From an uncultured archaeon (lineage in GTDB: Archaea; Iainarchaeota; Iainarchaeia; Iainarchaeales; VGJJ01), in the NCBI GenBank assembly GCA_964557045.1, contig CAZKYB010000002.1, forward strand, positions 1,212 through 65,211: a stretch of DNA of 64,000 nucleotides, given 5' to 3'. Made by a program: the position numbers and the translations under genes. This document shows positions 27,166 to 36,097 of the stretch, piece after piece. Each line of letters starts with the position of its first letter. The stretch's first letter is position 1. The notes beneath the pieces are model-generated. The model saw only the letters and a program-made list of their open reading frames with translations, ran no database searches and was not told the DNA's origin.

Positions 27166-27865
27166 AGCCTATCTCCCCACACTTGGAACCGTTATCGTGA
27201 CCGCGTTGATTGATTCGATTAATCCCTGCGCGATTGGCGTACTCATCCTCATGATTACGGTGTTGCTCGGGAAAAAGAAAAGCACGCGCGACATGCTGCT
27301 GTTCGGCGGACTCTACATCACGGCGGTCGCCACCACGTATTTCCTCGCGGGATTGGGGTTGATCTATTTCCTCTCCGTTATTCCCTTGTATGTGTCCGAA
27401 TACATCTCCATCGCAGTAGGGTTATTCATCGTCTTCGCGGGATTGTTAGAAGTGAAGGACTTTTTCTGGTACGGAAAAGGATTCTCGCTCCAAATCCCCT
27501 ATGAGTACGCCCAGAAAATCAACAAGTACGCCGAAAATGTCACCGTCCCCGGGGTCATTTTCCTCGGAGCGTTTGTGGCAGCCGTTGAACTCCCCTGCAC
27601 GGGCGCCCCCTACTTGGCCATCATCACGCTGCTCTCTCAATACTTCGACTTCACGGCCTTGTTGTTGCTGATCCTCTACAACATTATCTTCGTATCCCCC
27701 CTCATTGTCATCCTGTTGGCAGTGGCAGCTGGACGAAAAGTCGCGGACTTCAAGAAATTCAAGGAAGAGAACAAGGGATACATGCGCCTCCTGATTGGAC
27801 TATTACTCATCTCCATGGGCTGGCTCCTCATCCTTATCTCGAATGGAACCATCAACTTCGGGTGA
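27155..27865 (+). CDS. CcdA/DsbD-transmembrane-like protein
   Basis: About six TM segments with paired motifs DSINPCAIGVL and VELPCTGAPY. Confidence 0.85.
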   Translation: MAVEAYLPTLGTVIVTALIDSINPCAIGVLILMITVLLGKKKSTRDMLLFGGLYITAVATTYFLAGLGLIYFLSVIPLYVSEYISIAVGLFIVFAGLLEVKDFFWYGKGFSLQIPYEYAQKINKYAENVTVPGVIFLGAFVAAVELPCTGAPYLAIITLLSQYFDFTALLLLILYNIIFVSPLIVILLAVAAGRKVADFKKFKEENKGYMRLLIGLLLISMGWLLILISNGTINFG

Positions 27866-27872
27866 CACTCAC

Positions 27873-28190
27873 ATGAAAACAAAAACCACCAAAACCAAAG
27901 GGAAAACCAAAAACTTTACCTCCCGCATGGTTGTAAAACGACGCGGACACACGGAGAAGTTCGACGAGCGAAAAATATACGCCTCCGTGTATGAAGCCTG
28001 TCACGTGGACGGGATGAAGACGGAAAAAGCGGAAAAGATTGCGTCCGCGGTAACAAATGCCATCAAGAAGAAACTCGAGAAGCTTGACACCGTGTCCTCA
28101 CACGCCCTCCACGCCCAAGTGGTGAAGGAACTCAAGAAGCACCACGCAGATGTGGCCTTCATGTACGAGCACCACAAGAATATCTGCTGA
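27873..28190 (+). CDS. Stand-alone ATP-cone domain protein
   Basis: VVKRRGHTEKFDERKIYASV...VSSHALH..V...L....A..Y. Confidence 0.85.
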   Translation: MKTKTTKTKGKTKNFTSRMVVKRRGHTEKFDERKIYASVYEACHVDGMKTEKAEKIASAVTNAIKKKLEKLDTVSSHALHAQVVKELKKHHADVAFMYEHHKNIC

Positions 28191-28844
28191 TTAGTCTGCC
28201 ACTCGTTTCGCGAAATGATGAATCGCCCGGGAGAGATAGAGATATTGCCGGCGCGAGAAATCATCCAATGGACCCTCCACCCGACCGTCGTCCGTCTTGC
28301 GGAACGTGCGGGGGTGGCGATCCAAACTTACCAACAGACTCTCGGCCACATTCGCGGAAGAATAACTTAGGAGGTCCTGCCACACTACGACACGCGACTC
28401 AGGATTCATGCGCTGGATGGCCTTTGTCAGCGTGGCGAGGGTCCCTCCCAAATACTGATAATCCACCACCACATACCGCACGGGACGAGCCCCCACCACG
28501 CGCTGGGCACGAAGGGCGTGGACCATCATCCCCACGTTCTGCTCAACCGTGGGGTCGGGCTGACTGGGACTTATGAAATAATGGACCTTCCGGCGCGAAC
28601 GAGGGGAAGCCGGATAGAGCGCAGCATAGGCCTCAAACGCAGGACGCATTCCCCGACCGACGAAAATGAGGTGGTCCGAAGGCACCGTCATGGACCGAAC
28701 TCCCCGAGCTACCCGGATGGCGTTGCGGGCAATCCGCAACAAGGCCTTTCGGGACTCCGGAGCCATCCTAAAAATAGCAGCCCGACGCGCCACGGAAACC
28801 TTACGGAAACGCTTTTTGGACGAGGATCCACGGCGACGCCACAT
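28191..28844 (-). CDS. Orphan protein with Arg-rich N-terminus and PRTase-like core
   Basis: MWRRRGSSSKKRFRK start; LIFVGRG and YVVVDYQYLGGTL resemble type I PRTase motifs. Confidence 0.6.
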   Translation of the reverse strand: MWRRRGSSSKKRFRKVSVARRAAIFRMAPESRKALLRIARNAIRVARGVRSMTVPSDHLIFVGRGMRPAFEAYAALYPASPRSRRKVHYFISPSQPDPTVEQNVGMMVHALRAQRVVGARPVRYVVVDYQYLGGTLATLTKAIQRMNPESRVVVWQDLLSYSSANVAESLLVSLDRHPRTFRKTDDGRVEGPLDDFSRRQYLYLSRAIHHFAKRVAD

Positions 28845-28898
28845 TCTAGGGAGGAGGCGACACTCTATTATAATCATTCAGGACGGGAAATAGTCCAT

Positions 28899-30251
28899 AT
28901 GGGATTCGGCGACAGCTTACGGAAGGCCTTCGACTCATTCAACGCATTGAGGGTGGTCGACAAGGATAGTGTCAAGACCCTTGTGAAGGAACTCCAGAGA
29001 GCCCTGATATCCGCCGATGTGGATATTGAGACAGTATTGAGCCTCTCCAAGCAGCTCGAGGCTGCCGCCCTATCTGAAAATATTCCCAAGGGATTGAACC
29101 GAAAAGAACACCTCATCTCCCTCACGTACGATGCTCTTGTTGATTTGATTGGGGGAAAAGAAAACAAGATCCCCGAGAAACCCCACAGCATCTTGTTGGT
29201 TGGATTGTTTGGATCTGGAAAAACAACCTCAGCCGCTAAACTGGCTCATTATTACATGAAGAGGGGATTGCGCGTAGGAATCATTGCCGCCGACACCTTC
29301 CGACCGGCGGCGATTGATCAATTGGAACAGCTCACGAAAAAACTCCCCGGGGTTTTGTTCTACTCCAACCGCAATGAGAAAGAAGCCAGCATCGTAGTCA
29401 AGCAAGGAATTGTGGACCTGCTCAGTAAGGGAGCCCACACCATTATTGTGGATTCCGCCGGACGAAGCGCGCTCGACCCGGAATTGGTCGATGAAGTAAA
29501 GCGCATCCACGCCGTATTGAAGCCCGAACACACGTGGTTGGTGTTAGGTGGCGACGTGGGACAGCAGGCGAAAAAGCAAGCCAAGGCGTTCCATGAAACA
29601 GTCGGAGTGAACGGCGTCATCCTCACGCGAATGGACGGAAGTGCCAAGGGAGGAGGCGCATTATCCGCATGCCGCGCCACGAACGCACCCGTACACTTCA
29701 TTGGGGTGGGAGAAAAGATACAGGATTTGGAAGCGTTTGATGCCCCGCGCTATTTGTCACGCGTCATGGGATACGGCGATTTGAAGGGACTATTAGAAAA
29801 GATGGAAGACCTGAAAGTGGAAAGCGCCTCGGCCGCTAATCCCCTTGAGGGACCCTTTACCCTCCAAACATTCTACGCGCAACTCGAATCCACTCGCAAG
29901 TTAGGGCCGTTGTCCAAAGTTGCGGAAATGCTAGGAATGGGAAACCATATTCCCAAGCAAGACTTGGAAGTCGGAGAAGGAAAATTGGATGCCTACAAGG
30001 CCATGATGGACAGCATGACGCGACAGGAGAAGCACGATCCTGAAACCATCACTTCATCTCGCATCGCCCGCATTGCAAAAGGAAGCGGAAAAGGGGAGAA
30101 TGACGTGCGAGAATTATTGAAACACTACCGCCAACTCAAGAAAATGGTCTCGCAATTCAAGCACCTCGACGAGGACGCGCTCAAGAACCCCAAGGACATG
30201 CAGAAGATGATGAAGAAATTCCAGAAACCCAAGAAGATTAAACTCCGATAA
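28899..30251 (+). CDS. srp54: Signal recognition particle protein SRP54
   Basis: LQRALISADV, GLFGSGKTT, DTFRPAA, DSAGR, DGSAKGGGALS, M-domain SRIARIAKGSG. Start moved to ATG 28899. Confidence 0.96.
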   Translation: MGFGDSLRKAFDSFNALRVVDKDSVKTLVKELQRALISADVDIETVLSLSKQLEAAALSENIPKGLNRKEHLISLTYDALVDLIGGKENKIPEKPHSILLVGLFGSGKTTSAAKLAHYYMKRGLRVGIIAADTFRPAAIDQLEQLTKKLPGVLFYSNRNEKEASIVVKQGIVDLLSKGAHTIIVDSAGRSALDPELVDEVKRIHAVLKPEHTWLVLGGDVGQQAKKQAKAFHETVGVNGVILTRMDGSAKGGGALSACRATNAPVHFIGVGEKIQDLEAFDAPRYLSRVMGYGDLKGLLEKMEDLKVESASAANPLEGPFTLQTFYAQLESTRKLGPLSKVAEMLGMGNHIPKQDLEVGEGKLDAYKAMMDSMTRQEKHDPETITSSRIARIAKGSGKGENDVRELLKHYRQLKKMVSQFKHLDEDALKNPKDMQKMMKKFQKPKKIKLR

Positions 30252-30262
30252 AGGAACAAACA

Positions 30263-31081
30263 ATGATCCCCCAGCTTGCATTCTTCGTGAACGTGGTAGT
30301 CGGGGCCATCAGTGCCTACACGGACATCAAAACAGGATACATCTACGACTGGATCACGTATCCCCTCATCGCCATTGGAATCATCCTCACCATTATCACC
30401 CAGCAGTGGATTGGACTTTTACTCGCGGGGTTGATTTATGGGGTTGGATGGTTGGCGTATCGCTCAGGCAAAATGGGCGGAGGAGACATCAAGCTCCTCG
30501 CCGGAATGGCCCTTGTACAACCCACCTATGAGGGGATGATTTTCCCCCTCGCCGTACTGCTGATTGGCGCCCTGAGCGCATGTATGGTGTTTTGCCTGTA
30601 TTACGTGGGAGGATTTCTCCTCAGCAAGCCCAAAATCCACTGGAACACCCCTCGGAAGAAAGGAGCGGGAATTCTCCTTGTGGTTTTTGTTGCATTGTTC
30701 CTGTACATGAACGCCCAACTCCCCGCGGGGGGGATTACACTCCTCTTGCTGGAAATCGCATTGATAATAGGATTGATTTTCTACGCCTTTGAAGAGGAAG
30801 TGAAAAAACACGCCTTCCTCAAACGAATTCCACTCAATGAATTAGACGAAGACGAAGTCTTAGCCATTGAACACCTCACGAAAGAAGAAAAAGAAAAATG
30901 GGGGACCAAAATAAGCGATTTGATTTCGCGAGAAGACATTCCCGCGCTCAAGCACAAGGGACTCTCTACCATTCCCGTGTATCGCAACCTCCCCAAGTTC
31001 GCCCCGTTCTTACTTGTGGGGATACTCGCGACGTATCTCTTCCCGGAATGGATCTCCCAAATCGTGCCAAGCTTTTTATAA
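30263..31081 (+). CDS. A24 prepilin/preflagellin peptidase
   Basis: Catalytic Asp motifs YTDIK and GGGDIKLL; C-terminal PKFAPF. Confidence 0.9.
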   Translation: MIPQLAFFVNVVVGAISAYTDIKTGYIYDWITYPLIAIGIILTIITQQWIGLLLAGLIYGVGWLAYRSGKMGGGDIKLLAGMALVQPTYEGMIFPLAVLLIGALSACMVFCLYYVGGFLLSKPKIHWNTPRKKGAGILLVVFVALFLYMNAQLPAGGITLLLLEIALIIGLIFYAFEEEVKKHAFLKRIPLNELDEDEVLAIEHLTKEEKEKWGTKISDLISREDIPALKHKGLSTIPVYRNLPKFAPFLLVGILATYLFPEWISQIVPSFL

Positions 31082-31103
31082 CCACCAAAACAAGGGAATT
31101 GGA

Positions 31104-32015
31104 ATGAAGATCCTCATCACTGGAAGCACCGGAATGATTGGCTCCCGACTCGTGGAGAAGCTCAAAACCAAACACACGATTGTGGAGTTTTCCCGACGCA
31201 AGGGGATGGATATCACCAAATTGGAGGATGTAGAGAAAGCCATCCATGGCGTGGACATTGTGATTCATGCCGCCGCAGAATTGGAAGAAACCAAAGGAGA
31301 AACTGAAATGTTCCGCACAAATGTAGAGGGGACGCGCAATCTCCTCACGGCGGCCGAAGAGGAAGGAATCGAACAATTCATTCACCTCAGCACGGTTGGA
31401 ATATATGGAGACACCCAAGGAAAAATACGCGAAGACAGCGAAACCAACCCTCACACGGCCTATGAGCGAAGCAAGAAGGAGGCCGAAACCCTCGTGTGGA
31501 ATATGCAGGAAGTGTTCCCCGTCACGATTGTACGACCGGCCATCGTGGTGGGACCCAATAAGTACTGGGCATCCATCTTCAAGACCATCAAGAAAGGATT
31601 CCCCCTCATCGGAAAAGGAACCAACGCCTGGCAAATGATTCAGGTGGACGATTTAGTCGATTTTATCGCGATGTGCGTGGGAAACGACGACACGTACAAC
31701 GAGGCCTACCTCGTCGCCGAGCAGGAAGCCCACACGCTTAGGGAGATTGTCGACATGATGGCCGACATCCTAAAAGTCAAACGACCGGGAAGCATTCCCA
31801 TTGTATTAGGAATGGCCGTCTCCTACTTCTTTGGAATCCAAGGAAAACTACTGGGAAAAAAACCCCTCTTGACCCCGCCGCATGTGAAACGCATGCTGAA
31901 GCATCGCGAATACGATATTAGCAAGGCCCTCAAAACCAAATGGAAACCCAAACACTCCACTCGACAAGCCCTGGAAGACACCTACGTGCAATTAGTGCAA
32001 GGTAAATGGATCTGA
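31104..32015 (+). CDS. NAD-dependent epimerase/dehydratase (extended SDR)
   Basis: ITGSTGMIG, HAAA, NVEGT, ST, YERSK. Confidence 0.92.
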   Translation: MKILITGSTGMIGSRLVEKLKTKHTIVEFSRRKGMDITKLEDVEKAIHGVDIVIHAAAELEETKGETEMFRTNVEGTRNLLTAAEEEGIEQFIHLSTVGIYGDTQGKIREDSETNPHTAYERSKKEAETLVWNMQEVFPVTIVRPAIVVGPNKYWASIFKTIKKGFPLIGKGTNAWQMIQVDDLVDFIAMCVGNDDTYNEAYLVAEQEAHTLREIVDMMADILKVKRPGSIPIVLGMAVSYFFGIQGKLLGKKPLLTPPHVKRMLKHREYDISKALKTKWKPKHSTRQALEDTYVQLVQGKWI

Positions 32016-32018
32016 GAA

Positions 32019-32474
32019 TTAATCTTCTTCATCCGCCTTGGGATCACCTAAAGGAAACTCATCGTGCCACTGGGAAATACGATTAATCATCTTGGACATG
32101 GGATCATTGAAAGGCAATCGGGCGATAGCATCCTGAATCACATTCCACGCAAACACGCCCAGGGGATGAAATTCGTGCTCGAGGGAGAGCATCGAGAGAA
32201 AAATAGAGAGGTCGAGTGCTTCACACTCCTCCTGGGACTTTCCCACAAACAATGCGCAGGACGCATTCAGAATACGCACACCCTCCGCAGGGGCGTCGGT
32301 CTCAAAACCAAAATCAGATACTTTTCCACGCTCAACTTTTGCATCCAGCGTCACCTTGAATGGGGTGCTGCCGGCAAACGAGGAGCGAATGGTCGAATGC
32401 GCATCCTTAAGGCGCTTTGCAAAAGAACGAACCGTGGATTTAGGAGCCATATGGAGGTCGAGCAACCAAGACAT
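32019..32474 (-). CDS. IscU/SufU-fold protein lacking the cluster ligands
   Basis: Aligns by eye with the window's SufU along its length, but CGD and the two other conserved Cys are absent. Confidence 0.6.
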   Translation of the reverse strand: MSWLLDLHMAPKSTVRSFAKRLKDAHSTIRSSFAGSTPFKVTLDAKVERGKVSDFGFETDAPAEGVRILNASCALFVGKSQEECEALDLSIFLSMLSLEHEFHPLGVFAWNVIQDAIARLPFNDPMSKMINRISQWHDEFPLGDPKADEED

Positions 32475-32502
32475 TAAGTATCTTTTCTACGTCTGAAACA
32501 GA

Positions 32503-33339
32503 ATGACCCACAAATTATCCATCGGACCCTCCGGAATACCCCTCGCGGCAGAGGGAAAGGGCATTGTGAAGGGCATCGAGATGATTAAAACACTCGGACT
32601 TGAGGCGATGGAACTAGCCTTTGTTCAAAGCGTATACATCAAGGACGAAGACAAGGCCAAAGAGGTCAATAAGGCCCAAGAAAAAGCCGGAATCCGACTC
32701 AGCGTCCACGCCCCCTACTACATCAACCTGAATTCCCAAAAAAAAGAAACCCTCGACGCAAGTATTGAACGCCTCTACCTCGCGTGCAAGATGGGAGGAT
32801 TGTGCGGCGCGGAAAGCGTGGCCGTGCACGCCGCCTTCCGACACGCGGACGATTCCAAAACCATCCAAAAAAAAATCGAGGAAGCCTGCCAGCAAATCTA
32901 TGAACGATTGGACGCCGATAAAATAAAGATTAAAATTGCCCCCGAATTCGCCGGAAAATTATCCCAGTGGGGCACACTCGAAGAAGTGATGGAGATTGCA
33001 CAAGAAAATAGAATCTCATGGTGCATGGACTTCGGACACGCCCACGCCACCAGCAAGGGAAGCCTCACTACCAAAGAAAAATTTGATGCCATATTAGAAA
33101 AAATAGAAAAGTTTGATTCATCCTATCTCAAAGACCTCCACATACAGTGCTGCGGGATTACTTTCTCGGATAAGGGAGAGAAGTATCACACTTCATTCGA
33201 TTCCCCAGAGAGCACCGTCAACTGGAAAGCCATGGCCGAGAGCTTTAAGGAATACAACGTCGGTGGAATCTGCATCACGGAATGCCCGGGACAAGAAAAG
33301 GATGCGTTGCTGCTGAAAAATTATTACCAATCTCTCTGA
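32503..33339 (+). CDS. nfo: Endonuclease IV (AP endonuclease 2 family)
   Basis: SVHAPYYINLNS, PEFAGK..QWGT.EE, CMDFGHAHA, GEKYH. Confidence 0.9.
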   Translation: MTHKLSIGPSGIPLAAEGKGIVKGIEMIKTLGLEAMELAFVQSVYIKDEDKAKEVNKAQEKAGIRLSVHAPYYINLNSQKKETLDASIERLYLACKMGGLCGAESVAVHAAFRHADDSKTIQKKIEEACQQIYERLDADKIKIKIAPEFAGKLSQWGTLEEVMEIAQENRISWCMDFGHAHATSKGSLTTKEKFDAILEKIEKFDSSYLKDLHIQCCGITFSDKGEKYHTSFDSPESTVNWKAMAESFKEYNVGGICITECPGQEKDALLLKNYYQSL

Positions 33340-33340
33340 A

Positions 33341-34192
33341 TCAGCGCGCTTTTCCCGCTTTCTTGGCCGCATCCACCAATTCTTTCATCAATTTCTCGGC
33401 CTTCTTGATATCACCTTCGGCGGCCTTCGCAATACTCGTTCCCACGTGAACAATATCGGCCCCGGCGGAAATACACCGATACACATCCTCGGGTGTACGA
33501 ACGCCCCCCGCGACCACAATGGGCAAATGAACCATCTTACGCACCGCCCCAATACACTCAGGAGGGACACAGGTCGGGGCGCCGGAACCGGATTCTAAAA
33601 TAACTAGTTGCATTCCCAGCATCTGCGCCGCCAATGCATTCACGGCACCCAAATAGGGGATGTTCCGCGGCAACAACTTGGCACTCCCCACCCACCCCAC
33701 CGCTTGGCCAGGCTCATACACTAAATACGCGGTCCCAATCGTTTCCAATTTCATCTTCGCCACCGGATACGCGGCCGCCACTTGGGCTCCCGAAATATAG
33801 TACGGATCCGAGGAGTTGAATAGGCTCATAAAATAGACCGCATCCGCCTGCGGAGACAATGTGGCAATGTTTCCAGGAAACAAAATCACGGGCTTCTCGG
33901 AAACCGACTTGATGGCGGCAATACAATCATCTAAAATTTTACCTTGCGCCCCCAAACTTCCACCCACGGAGAATGCCGTGACTCCGGCGCGATCCGCGGC
34001 CTTGGCGATTTCCTTCACTTGTTCGGGCGTATGATCGGGAGGATCAATGACCACAAACACGTGACCGGGATTCTTCTTGGCATCCTCCAGCAAGCCCGCA
34101 TACACGGGGCCAAATGTCGGACCAATGGAATGAGAATGCGACACGTTATTCGTCTTCTTCTCACCTTTCACTTTAGGATGCGTATGCAGCAT
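33341..34192 (-). CDS. Geranylgeranylglyceryl phosphate synthase family protein (group II-like)
   Basis: IDPP, VGGS, ILFPG, SLFNS.DPYYI.GAQ, AYLVYEPG, LESGSGA, GGVRT, GADIV.VG. Confidence 0.9.
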   Translation of the reverse strand: MLHTHPKVKGEKKTNNVSHSHSIGPTFGPVYAGLLEDAKKNPGHVFVVIDPPDHTPEQVKEIAKAADRAGVTAFSVGGSLGAQGKILDDCIAAIKSVSEKPVILFPGNIATLSPQADAVYFMSLFNSSDPYYISGAQVAAAYPVAKMKLETIGTAYLVYEPGQAVGWVGSAKLLPRNIPYLGAVNALAAQMLGMQLVILESGSGAPTCVPPECIGAVRKMVHLPIVVAGGVRTPEDVYRCISAGADIVHVGTSIAKAAEGDIKKAEKLMKELVDAAKKAGKAR

Positions 34193-34312
34193 GGGGGATC
34201 CCTCACACTCTCAACTAAGGAAATTCAGCTTAAAAACACCCATTTTCGACAAACACACGGAAGTAAAACGGGAGATTGACGAAAACACGAGGGGGAGGAA
34301 GAAGGTATTGTG

Positions 34313-34993
34313 CTAGTAGAACGCTTCCGGGACTTCCTCAACCATGAGTCGCTCCAATTGTCTCGAGATGGATGCGCTTCCCCTCGCCTTGATGGGAAGA
34401 CCATGACCCGGGAGAATCATTTTTGGACTTGAAAACAAAATCTTGCGCGCCGAAGAAATCACCTGTTGTTTATTCCCGCTCGTTAAATCCCATCGTCCTA
34501 ATCCGGTGGAAAATAGTGCATCCCCGCAAAACAACCAACGCTTATTCTGCTCCATGAAGGAAACACTTCCTTTTGTATGTCCGGGAGTGAAAATAACCTG
34601 CACGGAAAAATTACCCAAGTCGAATACCTGCTTATCCACGAAGGTGTGGGCGACATTCGGCCATTTCACGGCAGGAACATTCAATCCATTGATGACTGAG
34701 AACACGGGATCCTTCGCGTTCACATACATGGCATCTGCCGGGTGCATCCATACTTCGGATTTAGGGAACAAATAATCCAATGCGAAATTATCCGCATGAC
34801 CATGTGTGTGAAGAATAATGTTCACGTCGCGTGGAGTCAAGCCAATCGAAGAAAGACCCTCTTTCAACTGACGGGAACTGCCCCCAAGACCGGAATCGAT
34901 CAGCACGACCTTCTTTCCGACTAAAACGTAGGAGTGGCTGGCGCTCTCGGTGCCAAACGACGCGTAAATGTTATCCCCAATCTGTTCCCACAT
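34313..34993 (-). CDS. MBL-fold metallo-hydrolase
   Basis: LIDSG, HTHGHADN, TPGHTKGS, GDALF, PGHG. Confidence 0.88.
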   Translation of the reverse strand: MWEQIGDNIYASFGTESASHSYVLVGKKVVLIDSGLGGSSRQLKEGLSSIGLTPRDVNIILHTHGHADNFALDYLFPKSEVWMHPADAMYVNAKDPVFSVINGLNVPAVKWPNVAHTFVDKQVFDLGNFSVQVIFTPGHTKGSVSFMEQNKRWLFCGDALFSTGLGRWDLTSGNKQQVISSARKILFSSPKMILPGHGLPIKARGSASISRQLERLMVEEVPEAFY

Positions 34994-35088
34994 TCGACCA
35001 GTACCACAGCTTGTACAAATAAAAAGGATGGCGTTTAACTCGCGCGACAAAAACCAACCTATAAGAGGGTGCAAAACGTACTGATAGG

Positions 35089-36057
35089 ATGACCGCCCTC
35101 ACCTTCGACGTGAACACGACACTCCAACGCATGTCGGAAGAATCGGGAATCGAACAGGCGATTATTCGTCAAAAGATGGACGAGAAAATCGCCAAGTTCG
35201 CCGGACTATTGACCGAACAAGGCGCATTGGTTCTCCTCAGCAAAGAAATGAACATCCGCACTCCATTGGTAGAAAGGAATGCCACGCAGATGAAAATGGG
35301 CGAATTGAAACCCGGGATGAACAACGTGGACGTACGTGCGCAAATCAAGCGAGCCGACCCCCTGAAAACATTCAACAAGAATGGAAAGGAAGGAAAATAC
35401 GTGAGCCTACGACTCATGGATGAAACCGGAGAAGCGCTCTTTACGTTTTGGAACGAACAGGCCGATGAAGTCATCCAAAAAGGAATCAAAATTGGAGACA
35501 CACTCAACTTGCACAATGCCCGCGTGGGCGTGTTCAACGGACAGACCCAACTTTCATTGGGATACAATGGATCCTACTCCCTCGAAAAAGGAAATGAAAC
35601 ACTCACAACTACACCCGCCGAAAAAATTCCTTTTTCCGCCTTGAAAGAAAACGACTTTTTCGAAGGAAACGTGCACGTGGTGGATGTGTTTCCAGGAAAA
35701 GGATACTATGTGCGATGCACCGCCTGCGCGGCCAAACTTCAATACCGAGACACCATCTGCTCCCAATGCGGAAAGGAAGGAAGTGTAGAAACACGCTTGC
35801 TGGTATCCTTGCTACTCGACGACGGCACCGCCTCATTGCGAGGAGTGGCATTCGAGAATGAAGCGATTTCATTGATAGGAAAGACCAAAGAAGAGATTCT
35901 CACCGCCATGGACGATGAAAAACTCAAAATGGCCCTCTGGCAAGACATGAGGGGGAAAACCATCATCATTAAGGGGAGAGGAAAGAAAGGAATGGACGCC
36001 ACATCGGTAGAACTCATCCTCCAACGAATCCAACCCCGATTGTTCCAGAACGCATAA
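35089..36057 (+). CDS. Replication protein A / OB-fold ssDNA-binding protein with zinc finger
   Basis: GLLTEQGAL, OB fold L.DETG....FWNE, CTAC..CSQC, LDDGTA. Confidence 0.88.
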   Translation: MTALTFDVNTTLQRMSEESGIEQAIIRQKMDEKIAKFAGLLTEQGALVLLSKEMNIRTPLVERNATQMKMGELKPGMNNVDVRAQIKRADPLKTFNKNGKEGKYVSLRLMDETGEALFTFWNEQADEVIQKGIKIGDTLNLHNARVGVFNGQTQLSLGYNGSYSLEKGNETLTTTPAEKIPFSALKENDFFEGNVHVVDVFPGKGYYVRCTACAAKLQYRDTICSQCGKEGSVETRLLVSLLLDDGTASLRGVAFENEAISLIGKTKEEILTAMDDEKLKMALWQDMRGKTIIIKGRGKKGMDATSVELILQRIQPRLFQNA

Positions 36058-36097
36058 ATAGCGATAAAACGTAAGCACATGGAGGAGGGTGCGTCCC

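Noticed and set aside
28191..28844. Twin-arginine (Tat) signal in Arg-rich orphans
   Set aside because: No hydrophobic h-region or cleavage site follows the RR pairs.
28518..28898. 127-aa N-terminal extension of SRP54
   Set aside because: Overlaps the antisense gene; SRP54 similarity starts at ATG 28899, which has a correctly spaced TATA.
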